Shown one piece after another: positions 56,136 to 64,000 of a stretch of DNA of 64,000 nt. Each line of letters opens with the position of its first letter. Position 1 is the stretch's first letter. Made by a program: the position numbers and the translations under genes. Below the pieces are notes generated by a model. That model was not told the origin of the DNA, ran no database searches, and saw only the letters and a list, made by a program, of their open reading frames with translations. Origin of the DNA: a virus (lineage: Duplodnaviria; Caudoviricetes). Location of the stretch: IMG/VR virus record IMGVR_UViG_3300025671_000004, positions 1,865 to 65,864 of that record. The stretch is one strand, 5' to 3'.

Positions 56136-58487
56136 TTATAATCCGTATCTCGATTTAGTAGAGTCAAACAAACTCGTAATGTCTACCTGTGATAGCGCTC
56201 TACGATATATTTGCACTTGAGCGATGTTAATGTTATTGTTTCTATTTGGTGGTTCAGAGAACTGTGGATACGCACCTAAATAAGTCACATTATTCAGAAA
56301 AGCCACAGTACCCGAACCTGCCGTTATTGAATTCTCTAAAACCCCATCAACATAAATACTCCATTTATTGCCACTCTTAACTCCTACAACGTGGTGCCAA
56401 TCTCCATAATTGAACTTATCAGTTGTAGCAACATTAGCAGTTACACTACTGCTCTCCCTTCCACCAAAATTAAAATTAAAGGGTTCGGCTCCGGATGAAT
56501 TAGCTAAAAACCATCCATTATTGGAACTTGTATTAAAATAACGATTGACTATCGCACCATTACCGCTATTTGAAATAGGCTTAACCCAAGCACATACAGT
56601 CAAATCATATATCCCTGTCAACTCTGATATTGTTCCAAGGTCACCATAATCATCCACTCCATCAAAGACTAAACCACCTCCATCTCCGCTATCGTAGCCA
56701 ACACCATTTACCAAAGTTCCATCAAGGTTGTTTTCACTCAAATCGAACCATGTGGTGCCTGTACCCGGATAGCTGCTACTATTTCCCGCATCCAAGTACA
56801 GTAGATAGTCATCGGGCAACTGAGTTTTCAAGACAGTAAAGTTGTCAATTCTAAACTGCTCGATTCTACCATTGTTATTCCCCCACGCTACATATATCCC
56901 ATGCTTGGTATTTGATTGTAGGGTAGTTTCAGTCCAAGTGTGAAGCAAGTTGTTGTTCAAATAAGCCTCACAACTAGAACCGCTTAACTTCACTTTGAAC
57001 GCACCAACCATAGATGATGCGCTTTGTGACAACAATGTAGTGACAACACCGGACACCTTCTTTTGAACATAAAAATTCTGAATACCACTTACACTTCTAT
57101 TCAATTGAATAGCCATGTAATTATTGATATCAGAATACCTAAAAACAATACCTAGACCTATGCCATTCAACGATGTATTACTAGTGCTATTTAACCTAAT
57201 CTCTGCATCGCTTTCATTTGTTTCTATGGTCCAACCTAAAACCCCATCCGCTCCTTGCAACCAATCAAACCAACCTTGATTAGATGTACGCTTTAATTCT
57301 ACATTTGGGTTTTTATTATTGTAATCCCAAATGAACTTTGTCCATGTAGCGCCGGCCATTGTTCCACCATACAAAGTGGACACAATAGTACCGTCAGCTC
57401 CGGTAAACGGTTCGTATGCAATTAGATTAGGGTTGACATTCTGAACAGCAAAGGCATTAGCAAACGTGCCGCCTGTATTAGTTTTTAATGTCCATGTATT
57501 ACCACCATTTGTTGACTGCCAATAGGTATTTAAACCTTGCTGTCCAAAGAATAAATTAACGCCTGTTGGGTCACATCCATTTCCTTGATAAACTGCAAAT
57601 CTCCCTGTATGGCCGGCCGGAGTGATATTACTCCATGTCTGCCCATTGTCAGTACTTTTGTATAATCTACCTGTGTTTGCCGCTCCGTTATCAAGCATTA
57701 GATATAGCTTGGACCCATCATCACTTCCGCACATTTTTGAGTAAGTAAATGTATAGCCGGCGTCAACGGTGTACGAAGACCAATTCTGCCCCATATCATC
57801 GCTATAATAAATAGCAGTACCACTTACTGCGGGGCACAAGAAAATCCTATTGGGACTAGACAAAGTATACACGGTATCGGGCTTTGCCCAAAAATATCTC
57901 GCATCAATAGACGGAGTTGATGGCTGCGCATATAATGTTCGAGCCGAAGGATTTACAAGAGCAACGGTATTACCCGAAGTTGGAAACGCCAACAACGTTC
58001 CATCATGGTTCATCCATTGTAACCTTGTAATCCCTGCAAGGCTTGGTGGGACGTATTCAGCCCATGTCGATCCACCATCGTAGGTCCATGCCCATCTTGA
58101 TGTTGGATTAGATCTCATTCCTGTCGCAACCAACCCATTACCTGCAACAGCGCCACCAAACCAATAACCGCCAACTGCTGAATTAAAATACTCCCAAGTG
58201 TTGCCACCATCTTTTGAGTACATCACCTCGGGACTTGCTGAAGACGATGAATTCACGGTGGCCACCATGAAGTATGGAACATCTTGCGATATCTGCAATT
58301 CAACAGGACCTGCTCCACTAAAAGAAAAAACCTCAGAAGAGAGTAAGGTGAAAGTGTCCGTATCAAAGTCGTACTTCCAAACCCCTTCAGAGCTACTTGT
58401 GGCTTCAATAATTATAGCAAATGACCCGGGCGTAGGTGTAACCCCGCCGGAGATCTGCTGTAATATGCCGTGCAAAGACTTTATCAT
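56136..58487 (-). CDS. Receptor-binding protein: Asp-box (BNR) beta-propeller, lectin-like middle domain, C-terminal LamG domain
   Basis: Five S/T-x-D/N-x-G-x-x-W boxes; LDAGN..SYPG.GT.W.DLS...WHHVV...IYVDG...YRRALS. Confidence 0.85.
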   Translation of the reverse strand: MIKSLHGILQQISGGVTPTPGSFAIIIEATSSSEGVWKYDFDTDTFTLLSSEVFSFSGAGPVELQISQDVPYFMVATVNSSSSASPEVMYSKDGGNTWEYFNSAVGGYWFGGAVAGNGLVATGMRSNPTSRWAWTYDGGSTWAEYVPPSLAGITRLQWMNHDGTLLAFPTSGNTVALVNPSARTLYAQPSTPSIDARYFWAKPDTVYTLSSPNRIFLCPAVSGTAIYYSDDMGQNWSSYTVDAGYTFTYSKMCGSDDGSKLYLMLDNGAANTGRLYKSTDNGQTWSNITPAGHTGRFAVYQGNGCDPTGVNLFFGQQGLNTYWQSTNGGNTWTLKTNTGGTFANAFAVQNVNPNLIAYEPFTGADGTIVSTLYGGTMAGATWTKFIWDYNNKNPNVELKRTSNQGWFDWLQGADGVLGWTIETNESDAEIRLNSTSNTSLNGIGLGIVFRYSDINNYMAIQLNRSVSGIQNFYVQKKVSGVVTTLLSQSASSMVGAFKVKLSGSSCEAYLNNNLLHTWTETTLQSNTKHGIYVAWGNNNGRIEQFRIDNFTVLKTQLPDDYLLYLDAGNSSSYPGTGTTWFDLSENNLDGTLVNGVGYDSGDGGGLVFDGVDDYGDLGTISELTGIYDLTVCAWVKPISNSGNGAIVNRYFNTSSNNGWFLANSSGAEPFNFNFGGRESSSVTANVATTDKFNYGDWHHVVGVKSGNKWSIYVDGVLENSITAGSGTVAFLNNVTYLGAYPQFSEPPNRNNNINIAQVQIYRRALSQVDITSLFDSTKSRYGL

Positions 58488-58816
58488 GCCGTCAAGTCAC
58501 CAAAGAGGTACCACTCATTAGCGCCGATTTTTACCAATGTAGCGGCCGAGTATTGAGACGCGATCTTTGTATTAGTATCCTTACTTCGTATTGTAACGCC
58601 GCTACCTGCAGCAATCTCAGTTTGGCCGGCGCCATACTGAGCTATAACGATTTGAACATTATTCTCGAAGCCAACAGAAGAGTCGGGTGGAACAGTAACT
58701 ATGTTTGCCACAGCAACATTCATGTTAATGAGATTGCCTGCGTCACCTCTCTCGATAGTGTAGTTTGCCGTTTGGGTGTTTACACCTATTTCTGAACCCG
58801 GATATACTGTACTCAT
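58484..58816 (-). CDS. Small tail-associated protein
   Basis: QYGAGQ..I..GSGVT...W.LFGDL motif typical of fibre C-termini. Confidence 0.7.
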   Translation of the reverse strand: MSTVYPGSEIGVNTQTANYTIERGDAGNLINMNVAVANIVTVPPDSSVGFENNVQIVIAQYGAGQTEIAAGSGVTIRSKDTNTKIASQYSAATLVKIGANEWYLFGDLTA

Positions 58817-58829
58817 GATCTAATTTTTC

Positions 58830-59144
58830 TTAAAACTCAGTCTTATCGATCACACAAGTACCAATACCTGTCACTTTCTCGATCTCGTCAATACACTTGT
58901 TGTGAAAATCCTCAGCTAAGGACTCTCCCCAAAACTGAGAATTAGTCAGTTCCATAACAACCGAAGCCGGAAGTTTGGCCATATTCAACTGACGATTTCC
59001 ATCAAGATAATCTTGCTTACTCTTGTAGTATCTAAGACTTGCGAAGGTAGAGCCAATCATGTGTTGATCTACGAAAACCCATGGATTTTGAACATCAAAT
59101 CCATCTTGAGTTTTAACTGTGCTATTAATAATCTGTATTGCCAT
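58830..59144 (-). CDS. Putative tail-fibre chaperone
   Basis: Small ORF directly after a fibre gene. Confidence 0.55.
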   Translation of the reverse strand: MAIQIINSTVKTQDGFDVQNPWVFVDQHMIGSTFASLRYYKSKQDYLDGNRQLNMAKLPASVVMELTNSQFWGESLAEDFHNKCIDEIEKVTGIGTCVIDKTEF

Positions 59145-59150
59145 GACTTA

Positions 59151-60557
59151 TTATGTTGCTGCTATTTCTAAAAACTCCAAAGAGCCAAATGCTATTAAAT
59201 CTATTGTACCCACTCCAACTGTTGGAGGTGTTACTGAAATAATCAAGTTGGATGTACCTGCGCCTATGGACACCGACACGGTAGACGAGGATAAGGATGA
59301 GTCACCGAAAGATGAAACAATTAACGGCGACCCTAAAATAGAAACGGTTGTACCTACAATCTTCACCGCAAACTCTAATTGCCAACACATGGCGTCACCG
59401 GGCGATATTACCGCCGCACCATCACCTGTCTTAGATTGTATGGCAAGTTTTGCGTGTACGTTCCAAATACCAACATATGCTGCATTTGTTGGAACTACAG
59501 GATAAACAGACCCTGTTGTGTACAAGTCTATTGAACCGGTAGAGTATGTCGCATTCCTGTTCTTAATGCGTATGCTTGACGTTTGGAATCCGTTTGAGTA
59601 TCCAAATGAATCTTGATTATAGTTGTTTGCTTTCCCAAAAATACCTCCGGCTCTACCTGCCTCTGCATAAACAGCATTATTCTGACCACCGGTAACATGA
59701 CCAAAACTCGCCCCACTCTGTACGACATTGAATTGCCCTCCCGATATGGAAGACGCATCTGCACCTGTTTCTATGCTATTTCCATTACCACCACCAATAA
59801 AACTCAAAGGTGAACGAGCCGCATTCCCATCACCACCACCAACAATAGACCTACTGCCATTAGCAACATTATCTAATCCACCACCAACGTGTGAACGGTC
59901 TCCACCTGCCGCATTCCCATCGCCACCACAAACCGATGCATAATTTGATGCCGCTACATTTTGATAACCACCGGCAACAACCGCGCTAATCGCATACGCA
60001 CCATTCTGTTGTCCACCTGCAACGGTTGCGTGGTTTGCCCATGCGTAATTATCCTGCCCGCCACCAACAGTCGCAGCATTAGAGTCAGCACTATTGAACA
60101 CACCGCCCAATATTGATGAGTAAAGACCACTTGCAACATTAACCGTACCCCCGCCGACTACCGAATAGTTTCCGCTTGCTCTATTATCCCGACCTCCGGA
60201 TAAAACAGAATAATCTCCGCTTGCAACTTGAATATTCGAGGCTCTATCTTTTTGCCAATCCGTAGCCACAAATCCTCTTGCGTTACCACCTGCAGATGTA
60301 CCATCGGGAATATGAGCGACAGTAGCACCTCCGTTCTTAGCAACAAGTGCAGCGTTTACGTTCGTTCCGACACCCTTGGCGGACCAAGAAGCCGTATCTT
60401 GAGTAGTCGCTGTATACGCCTCATCCCAATTGACAATCAATGCAGATTTGAGGTTTGAGTACGATATGCGGACATTATTGACTCCATCGTACCCTACCAA
60501 AAAACCTGTAGGGAATGAAGATACTGATGAAAAATCTGAAAACTTAAATACTGCCAT
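59151..60557 (-). CDS. Tail fibre with 15-aa GG..N.A beta-roll repeats
   Basis: About 12 repeats of the form S.V.GG..N.A. Confidence 0.8.
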   Translation of the reverse strand: MAVFKFSDFSSVSSFPTGFLVGYDGVNNVRISYSNLKSALIVNWDEAYTATTQDTASWSAKGVGTNVNAALVAKNGGATVAHIPDGTSAGGNARGFVATDWQKDRASNIQVASGDYSVLSGGRDNRASGNYSVVGGGTVNVASGLYSSILGGVFNSADSNAATVGGGQDNYAWANHATVAGGQQNGAYAISAVVAGGYQNVAASNYASVCGGDGNAAGGDRSHVGGGLDNVANGSRSIVGGGDGNAARSPLSFIGGGNGNSIETGADASSISGGQFNVVQSGASFGHVTGGQNNAVYAEAGRAGGIFGKANNYNQDSFGYSNGFQTSSIRIKNRNATYSTGSIDLYTTGSVYPVVPTNAAYVGIWNVHAKLAIQSKTGDGAAVISPGDAMCWQLEFAVKIVGTTVSILGSPLIVSSFGDSSLSSSTVSVSIGAGTSNLIISVTPPTVGVGTIDLIAFGSLEFLEIAAT

Positions 60558-60703
60558 TATTCGATAATCATATAGTCAGAGGTGGAACCTTCCATAACAA
60601 GATACTCGCCGGTTTCCTTGACGATGTAAGATCCTCCGGGAGGAGGCCCCGAACCAATAGTTGGCTTAAGGAAATTCCCTATGGCGTTCATTGACTCTAC
60701 CAT
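60557..60703 (-). CDS. Small structural protein (48 aa)
   Basis: MVESMNAIGNF...YLVME...YMIIE, TAATG-coupled to the fibre gene; below the ORF-track cutoff. Confidence 0.6.
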   Translation of the reverse strand: MVESMNAIGNFLKPTIGSGPPPGGSYIVKETGEYLVMEGSTSDYMIIE

Positions 60704-60951
60704 AGCGCGAGAATATCCGCTGCTGCCGTACCTGTTGAAAAAACTTTAACTACTTGAACAGGGAGGAACCCTCCTGTGAAGTTTACAAATGTAACGTCAT
60801 CCAATCCTGCTGTAAGAACCCTTAAGTTTCCTCCTGTTCCTACATAGAGGGTGCAACCATAATTAACTCCACCGCCAACATTTGGTATGTTTACGGTATC
60901 ACTTGGTACGACCGCTGCCGCTCTAGATGTCTGTAATTTTTGATATGCCAT
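60697..60951 (-). CDS. Small virion protein
   Basis: AAAV.PSD...LYVGTGG.L.V...FLPVQV..V.STGT.A..ILAL. Confidence 0.75.
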   Translation of the reverse strand: MAYQKLQTSRAAAVVPSDTVNIPNVGGGVNYGCTLYVGTGGNLRVLTAGLDDVTFVNFTGGFLPVQVVKVFSTGTAAADILALW

Positions 60952-60953
60952 GG

Positions 60954-61109
60954 TTATTTTTTGTAAGGAAACATCCGGTTAAGCGCTTGCTTTCTTTTCG
61001 AGCAACCGCAATCCTTTTTAAGAACGCGAGAAACACCACCAACGACAGATTTTATCCCTGTCCTTGTGGTTATCTTTTCAACTGTATCTCCAAGGCCCTT
61101 TGACTCCAT
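60954..61109 (-). CDS. Small GLGDT...DCGC protein (51 aa)
   Basis: MESKGLGDTVEKIT..TGIK...DCGC..RK..LN; -7 element at 61114-61121. Confidence 0.7.
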   Translation of the reverse strand: MESKGLGDTVEKITTRTGIKSVVGGVSRVLKKDCGCSKRKQALNRMFPYKK

Positions 61110-61127
61110 ACTACAAATATAGCGAAA

Positions 61128-61241
61128 TCAATACTTTTTTCTTCCGCCCATTTTCTTCATGGATCCCTTCTTCATAGATCCCTTCTTCATGGTAGAACAA
61201 CCCTTCTTCATGGGTCCGCCTTTCATAGATGATTTTTTCAT
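61128..61241 (-). CDS. 37-aa basic MKKG-repeat peptide
   Basis: MKKSSMKGGPMKKGCSTMKKGSMKKGSMKKMGGRKKY; own -7 element at 61275-61282. Confidence 0.6.
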   Translation of the reverse strand: MKKSSMKGGPMKKGCSTMKKGSMKKGSMKKMGGRKKY

Positions 61242-61288
61242 GGTATTGGTTTTAGTGGTTAAAAAATTTCTTTACAAATATACGACAT

Positions 61289-61888
61289 CTAAGAACCTAA
61301 TTGTGTCCTCTGTACAAAGAATATCACATCCCAAATACGAGAAACACCACCTACAGATGTTATAAATAACTGAGCTCCATTAGAAACAAAGTCCGCATCC
61401 GTGTAGTATTGGTAAAGCCTATGGAAATTATCCTCAGTATTATTACCCTTGAAATATCCCAATGACTCACTTACCCTGTCATAACCACTAGGACCCGACA
61501 TAGATATCTGTAAGTGTGTTTGATTTGCGTTATCCGCCTCAGCTTTAAACACCACCGTTAGCAGATACACATCATTCACCCTTGTTGACACAAGCTTTTT
61601 TGTACTTGTATCGTAAAAATCAGCTAAAGAAGGCTGACTTTTATAGGTGGAAGCCCCATTGTTTGGAATAAGGACCGGATTACCATCGGTGAGCGTAAGC
61701 TTGGACGATGGTGTATATTGGCCATCATCATACCTACACCAACCTAAATTCGCCGCTTGGAAATACGCAATGATATCCTCAATGGTATAAGCCTCTGCAT
61801 ATGAATTGAGTAACGCAGATTTCTTGTCTTGTGTTGGAACGGATGGATCCACTCCGTGAAACTTAGTGCCGGGAGGTATAAGTGTCAT
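61289..61888 (-). CDS. Structural protein, paralog A
   Basis: N-terminal IP.GTKF.GV domain shared with 61913..62536. Confidence 0.7.
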   Translation of the reverse strand: MTLIPPGTKFHGVDPSVPTQDKKSALLNSYAEAYTIEDIIAYFQAANLGWCRYDDGQYTPSSKLTLTDGNPVLIPNNGASTYKSQPSLADFYDTSTKKLVSTRVNDVYLLTVVFKAEADNANQTHLQISMSGPSGYDRVSESLGYFKGNNTEDNFHRLYQYYTDADFVSNGAQLFITSVGGVSRIWDVIFFVQRTQLGS

Positions 61889-61912
61889 GCCTTGCTAATT
61901 CTTATCAAAAAA

Positions 61913-62536
61913 CTATACTGTATAAACCCTTTTTAATCTGTAGCTAACTACCATAAGTTGAAACAAGTTAATAGTTGCTAGTGACTGTTGCTCCAAGTAT
62001 ATGCTTGGAATAAAATCCCTCCCCACCTTGTCTTGAGGAACACTTATAATGAAATTAACAACAGCATTGTAAAGTGGAGCATTACTGCTATTTCTTTGGA
62101 TAGCTATAGTTGATTCGTCCATACCCGAAAGAATGGTCCCATAATTAAGACCGCCTGTGAAACCGATTTTAAAAGTAAGAGGAACAACGGTTCCTCCGCT
62201 ACTAAGCTGAGGTCTAAAACTAAATATTCCGGTTACCTCATAAACACCTGCTTGCTTTATATTGAACCTTGATAGAGTACCCTCCTTTGGTCCAAACATT
62301 TCTCCACAATAAGATTCATCAACACCATTTGTTGTGGTTAATTCTACAGGAGTGCTATCCAAGTTTGTTATGTACGTTGGACCAAAGACATAAAACTCTT
62401 GAGCGGATATTGAAGACCCAAAATCGTCAAGAGTATACGCACCAACTGAATCGTTGAGCAACTTTGATCTCTTTTCATTTGTGGGAACATCAGGTGCTAC
62501 ACCTCTGAATTTCGTCCCCTTTGGTATTGATGTCAT
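61913..62536 (-). CDS. Structural protein, paralog B
   Basis: Same N-terminal domain, different beta-rich C-terminus. Confidence 0.7.
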   Translation of the reverse strand: MTSIPKGTKFRGVAPDVPTNEKRSKLLNDSVGAYTLDDFGSSISAQEFYVFGPTYITNLDSTPVELTTTNGVDESYCGEMFGPKEGTLSRFNIKQAGVYEVTGIFSFRPQLSSGGTVVPLTFKIGFTGGLNYGTILSGMDESTIAIQRNSSNAPLYNAVVNFIISVPQDKVGRDFIPSIYLEQQSLATINLFQLMVVSYRLKRVYTV

Positions 62537-62871
62537 GCCTTGCTAATTCTTTTACCCATACCAACTCTTCTCTTCTCAGCCTTCTTTTTACGAAGTTGGC
62601 TCGAGCTCATTTCAGACTTGGTCTTTGGGGTTTTTGATGAAACTCTTTTCGATGGGCGACAATACTCATTCTTTCCTCCGGCGCCGCACGGCTTTCCGGT
62701 TCGGGTGTCAACCCACTTTTCTTTCTCCCACCTCTTCAGAGAGGTACCCTTACTCGTCTTGCGAACAGACCCGGAAGCCTTTCTGCACTTAGCAATGGCT
62801 TGAGAGGCTCTCGCTGATGGGAAAATCTTGTACGATGCCTTTACCTTCCTATAACAAGCGTCCTTTGGCAT
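62533..62871 (-). CDS. Small basic conserved phage protein
   Basis: KDACY.KVK...PSA.AS...LKRW.KEKWVD...YCRPSKRVS.KTPKT. Confidence 0.75.
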   Translation of the reverse strand: MPKDACYRKVKASYKIFPSARASQAIAKCRKASGSVRKTSKGTSLKRWEKEKWVDTRTGKPCGAGGKNEYCRPSKRVSSKTPKTKSEMSSSQLRKKKAEKRRVGMGKRISKA

Positions 62872-62874
62872 CCT

Positions 62875-63069
62875 TTACTTTCTTTTTGAGCGAGATCTCC
62901 TCTCGGTCTTCTTGATCATCCGATTCTCAACTTTAGCTGCTCTACCTAAAAGGCGGTCAGCTTTTCTGTTTCTACCTTCGTCAACGGCTTTTGAGCCTTT
63001 TGACACAAGCTTTGACTCGCGCTTTTGGAGTCTCTTGATACCATTTTTTGCAGGTGATTTCTTTTTCAT
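62875..63069 (-). CDS. Small Lys/Arg-rich protein
   Basis: MKKKSPAK...RRSRSKRK. Confidence 0.6.
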   Translation of the reverse strand: MKKKSPAKNGIKRLQKRESKLVSKGSKAVDEGRNRKADRLLGRAAKVENRMIKKTERRSRSKRK

Positions 63070-63073
63070 GCTT

Positions 63074-63376
63074 TTAATATTTACCTCTCCTTCCTTTAGG
63101 AGAACTTTGCGTTGACCCACCCTTGCCGGCCCAAAGATTCTTACACGCCCAATACCTAGCTGTCAGCTTACTCTTTGCGGTCCCGCACTTGTGCCGGGCC
63201 TTGAAAGACTTCCTAGCTGCAGCAGAATAATTGTGGCCATAACCCTCTGCACCGAAGTGTATGATTTTCTCGGTTCCGCCCTCACAGGCTTTAACCATTC
63301 GCTTCTTCCCCGGCCGAGTGCTTGGCCGTGGGGAATTGCACTTCATCTTGGATTTATCTACCCTTTTTCCTGCCAT
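63074..63376 (-). CDS. Small basic conserved phage protein
   Basis: IHFGA.G...RKSFKARHKC...ARYWAC..LW. Confidence 0.75.
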   Translation of the reverse strand: MAGKRVDKSKMKCNSPRPSTRPGKKRMVKACEGGTEKIIHFGAEGYGHNYSAAARKSFKARHKCGTAKSKLTARYWACKNLWAGKGGSTQSSPKGRRGKY

Positions 63377-63647
63377 TTGATTTACCTCTTGCCCGGCGGT
63401 CACCGGCTGAATCAGACTTTGAACCACGATTTAAACTCTGTGGTTTCATAACAATCCCCCTCTTTGTATGAGAGGCGTCTTTTTTGTCGCCATTCCCATA
63501 GGTTCCCCTCTCTCTATTAATTTGATTCAATTCAGCCCTCCTCTTCAATTCAGACTTCCTCTTGTTGTACTTTCGCTGATACTCCAATCGCTTTGCTCGC
63601 GCCTTGGGGTTCTTCTTGTAGTATTCAGAGGTTTTAGAAGGCATCAC
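63354..63647 (-). CDS. Basic HNH-like protein
   Basis: GD.KD.SH...NRG; -7 element at 63659-63666. Confidence 0.65.
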   Translation of the reverse strand: MMPSKTSEYYKKNPKARAKRLEYQRKYNKRKSELKRRAELNQINRERGTYGNGDKKDASHTKRGIVMKPQSLNRGSKSDSAGDRRARGKSNGRKKGR

Positions 63648-63672
63648 TTAGATTTGTACAAATTTAATCAAT

Positions 63673-63933
63673 TTAATCAGAAACATAATCACGAACCTCT
63701 TCGGCTGTCATGGTGTGGATGTACAAGGGTGTCCCCTCGCCCAAATATGCTCCAAAGACATTGAAGTCAAGGAACTCAATAGCCTCATCCATCTCCCAAC
63801 CATGCTTATCGCAAAGATTCTTGATCATCAACTCAATGCTGTAAACGACACGAGGTACTCCTCCTCCTTGGGTATCAAGACCAATAACCGCATCGTCAAA
63901 GCCGTCTGCTGTGTATGTATTTGTATCTGACAT
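63673..63933 (-). CDS. Conserved acidic phage protein
   Basis: ADGFDDAVIG...VVYS...EA.EF..FN..GAY.GE.TP; -7 element at 63948-63955. Confidence 0.75.
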   Translation of the reverse strand: MSDTNTYTADGFDDAVIGLDTQGGGVPRVVYSIELMIKNLCDKHGWEMDEAIEFLDFNVFGAYLGEGTPLYIHTMTAEEVRDYVSD

Positions 63934-64000
63934 TTGGTAAGTTTGCACAAACTTAATCAATTATGAATGAAAACGAAAAGCCGCTTGCAAAACGCGAGCA

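Noticed and set aside
56136-62536. Diversity-generating retroelement or invertase shufflon acting on the fibres
   Set aside because: No reverse transcriptase, recombinase or template/variable repeat pair was seen.
21740-63930. Numerous + strand ORFs in the virion block, including Phe/Leu/Ser-rich ones
   Set aside because: Antisense shadows of long - strand genes, especially of Lys/Glu-rich linkers.
1-64000. Stop-codon reassignment, introns or inteins
   Set aside because: Standard-code ORFs tile the window tightly, TAA, TGA and TAG all end genes, and core genes are uninterrupted.

Overview
The window is most of the genome of a lytic, podovirus-like dsDNA phage of a Bacteroidetes host. The host call rests on many TAnnTTTG -7 promoter elements and on the gene families present. 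Layout: a phage groEL cut off by the left edge (- strand); a 1-kb non-coding control region with IHF-consensus palindromes, TGTCG iteron-like repeats and a sigma54-type promoter; a + strand early region of small ORFs (2.1-11.4 kb); a + strand recombination/replication block (Sak, PD-(D/E)XK exonuclease, SSB-like protein, primase-helicase, SNF2-like helicase, VRR-NUC, no recognisable DNA polymerase); and a 43-kb - strand virion block (small basic proteins, fibres, lysis cassette, GroES-like protein, terminase, portal, scaffold, capsid, tail, ejected proteins and a 4091-aa polyvalent protein). The most unusual signals are ten co-oriented A-GGTTGCS-N4-6-SGCAACC-A hairpins confined to the first 6.5 kb of the early region, two D-armless tRNA-like elements (one uses that hairpin as its anticodon arm), integron-like gene cassettes with no integrase, a repeat-flanked domain array inside the giant protein, and an apparent absence of CCAG/CTGG. 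All calls come from reading the sequence by eye; no searches or computations were run.
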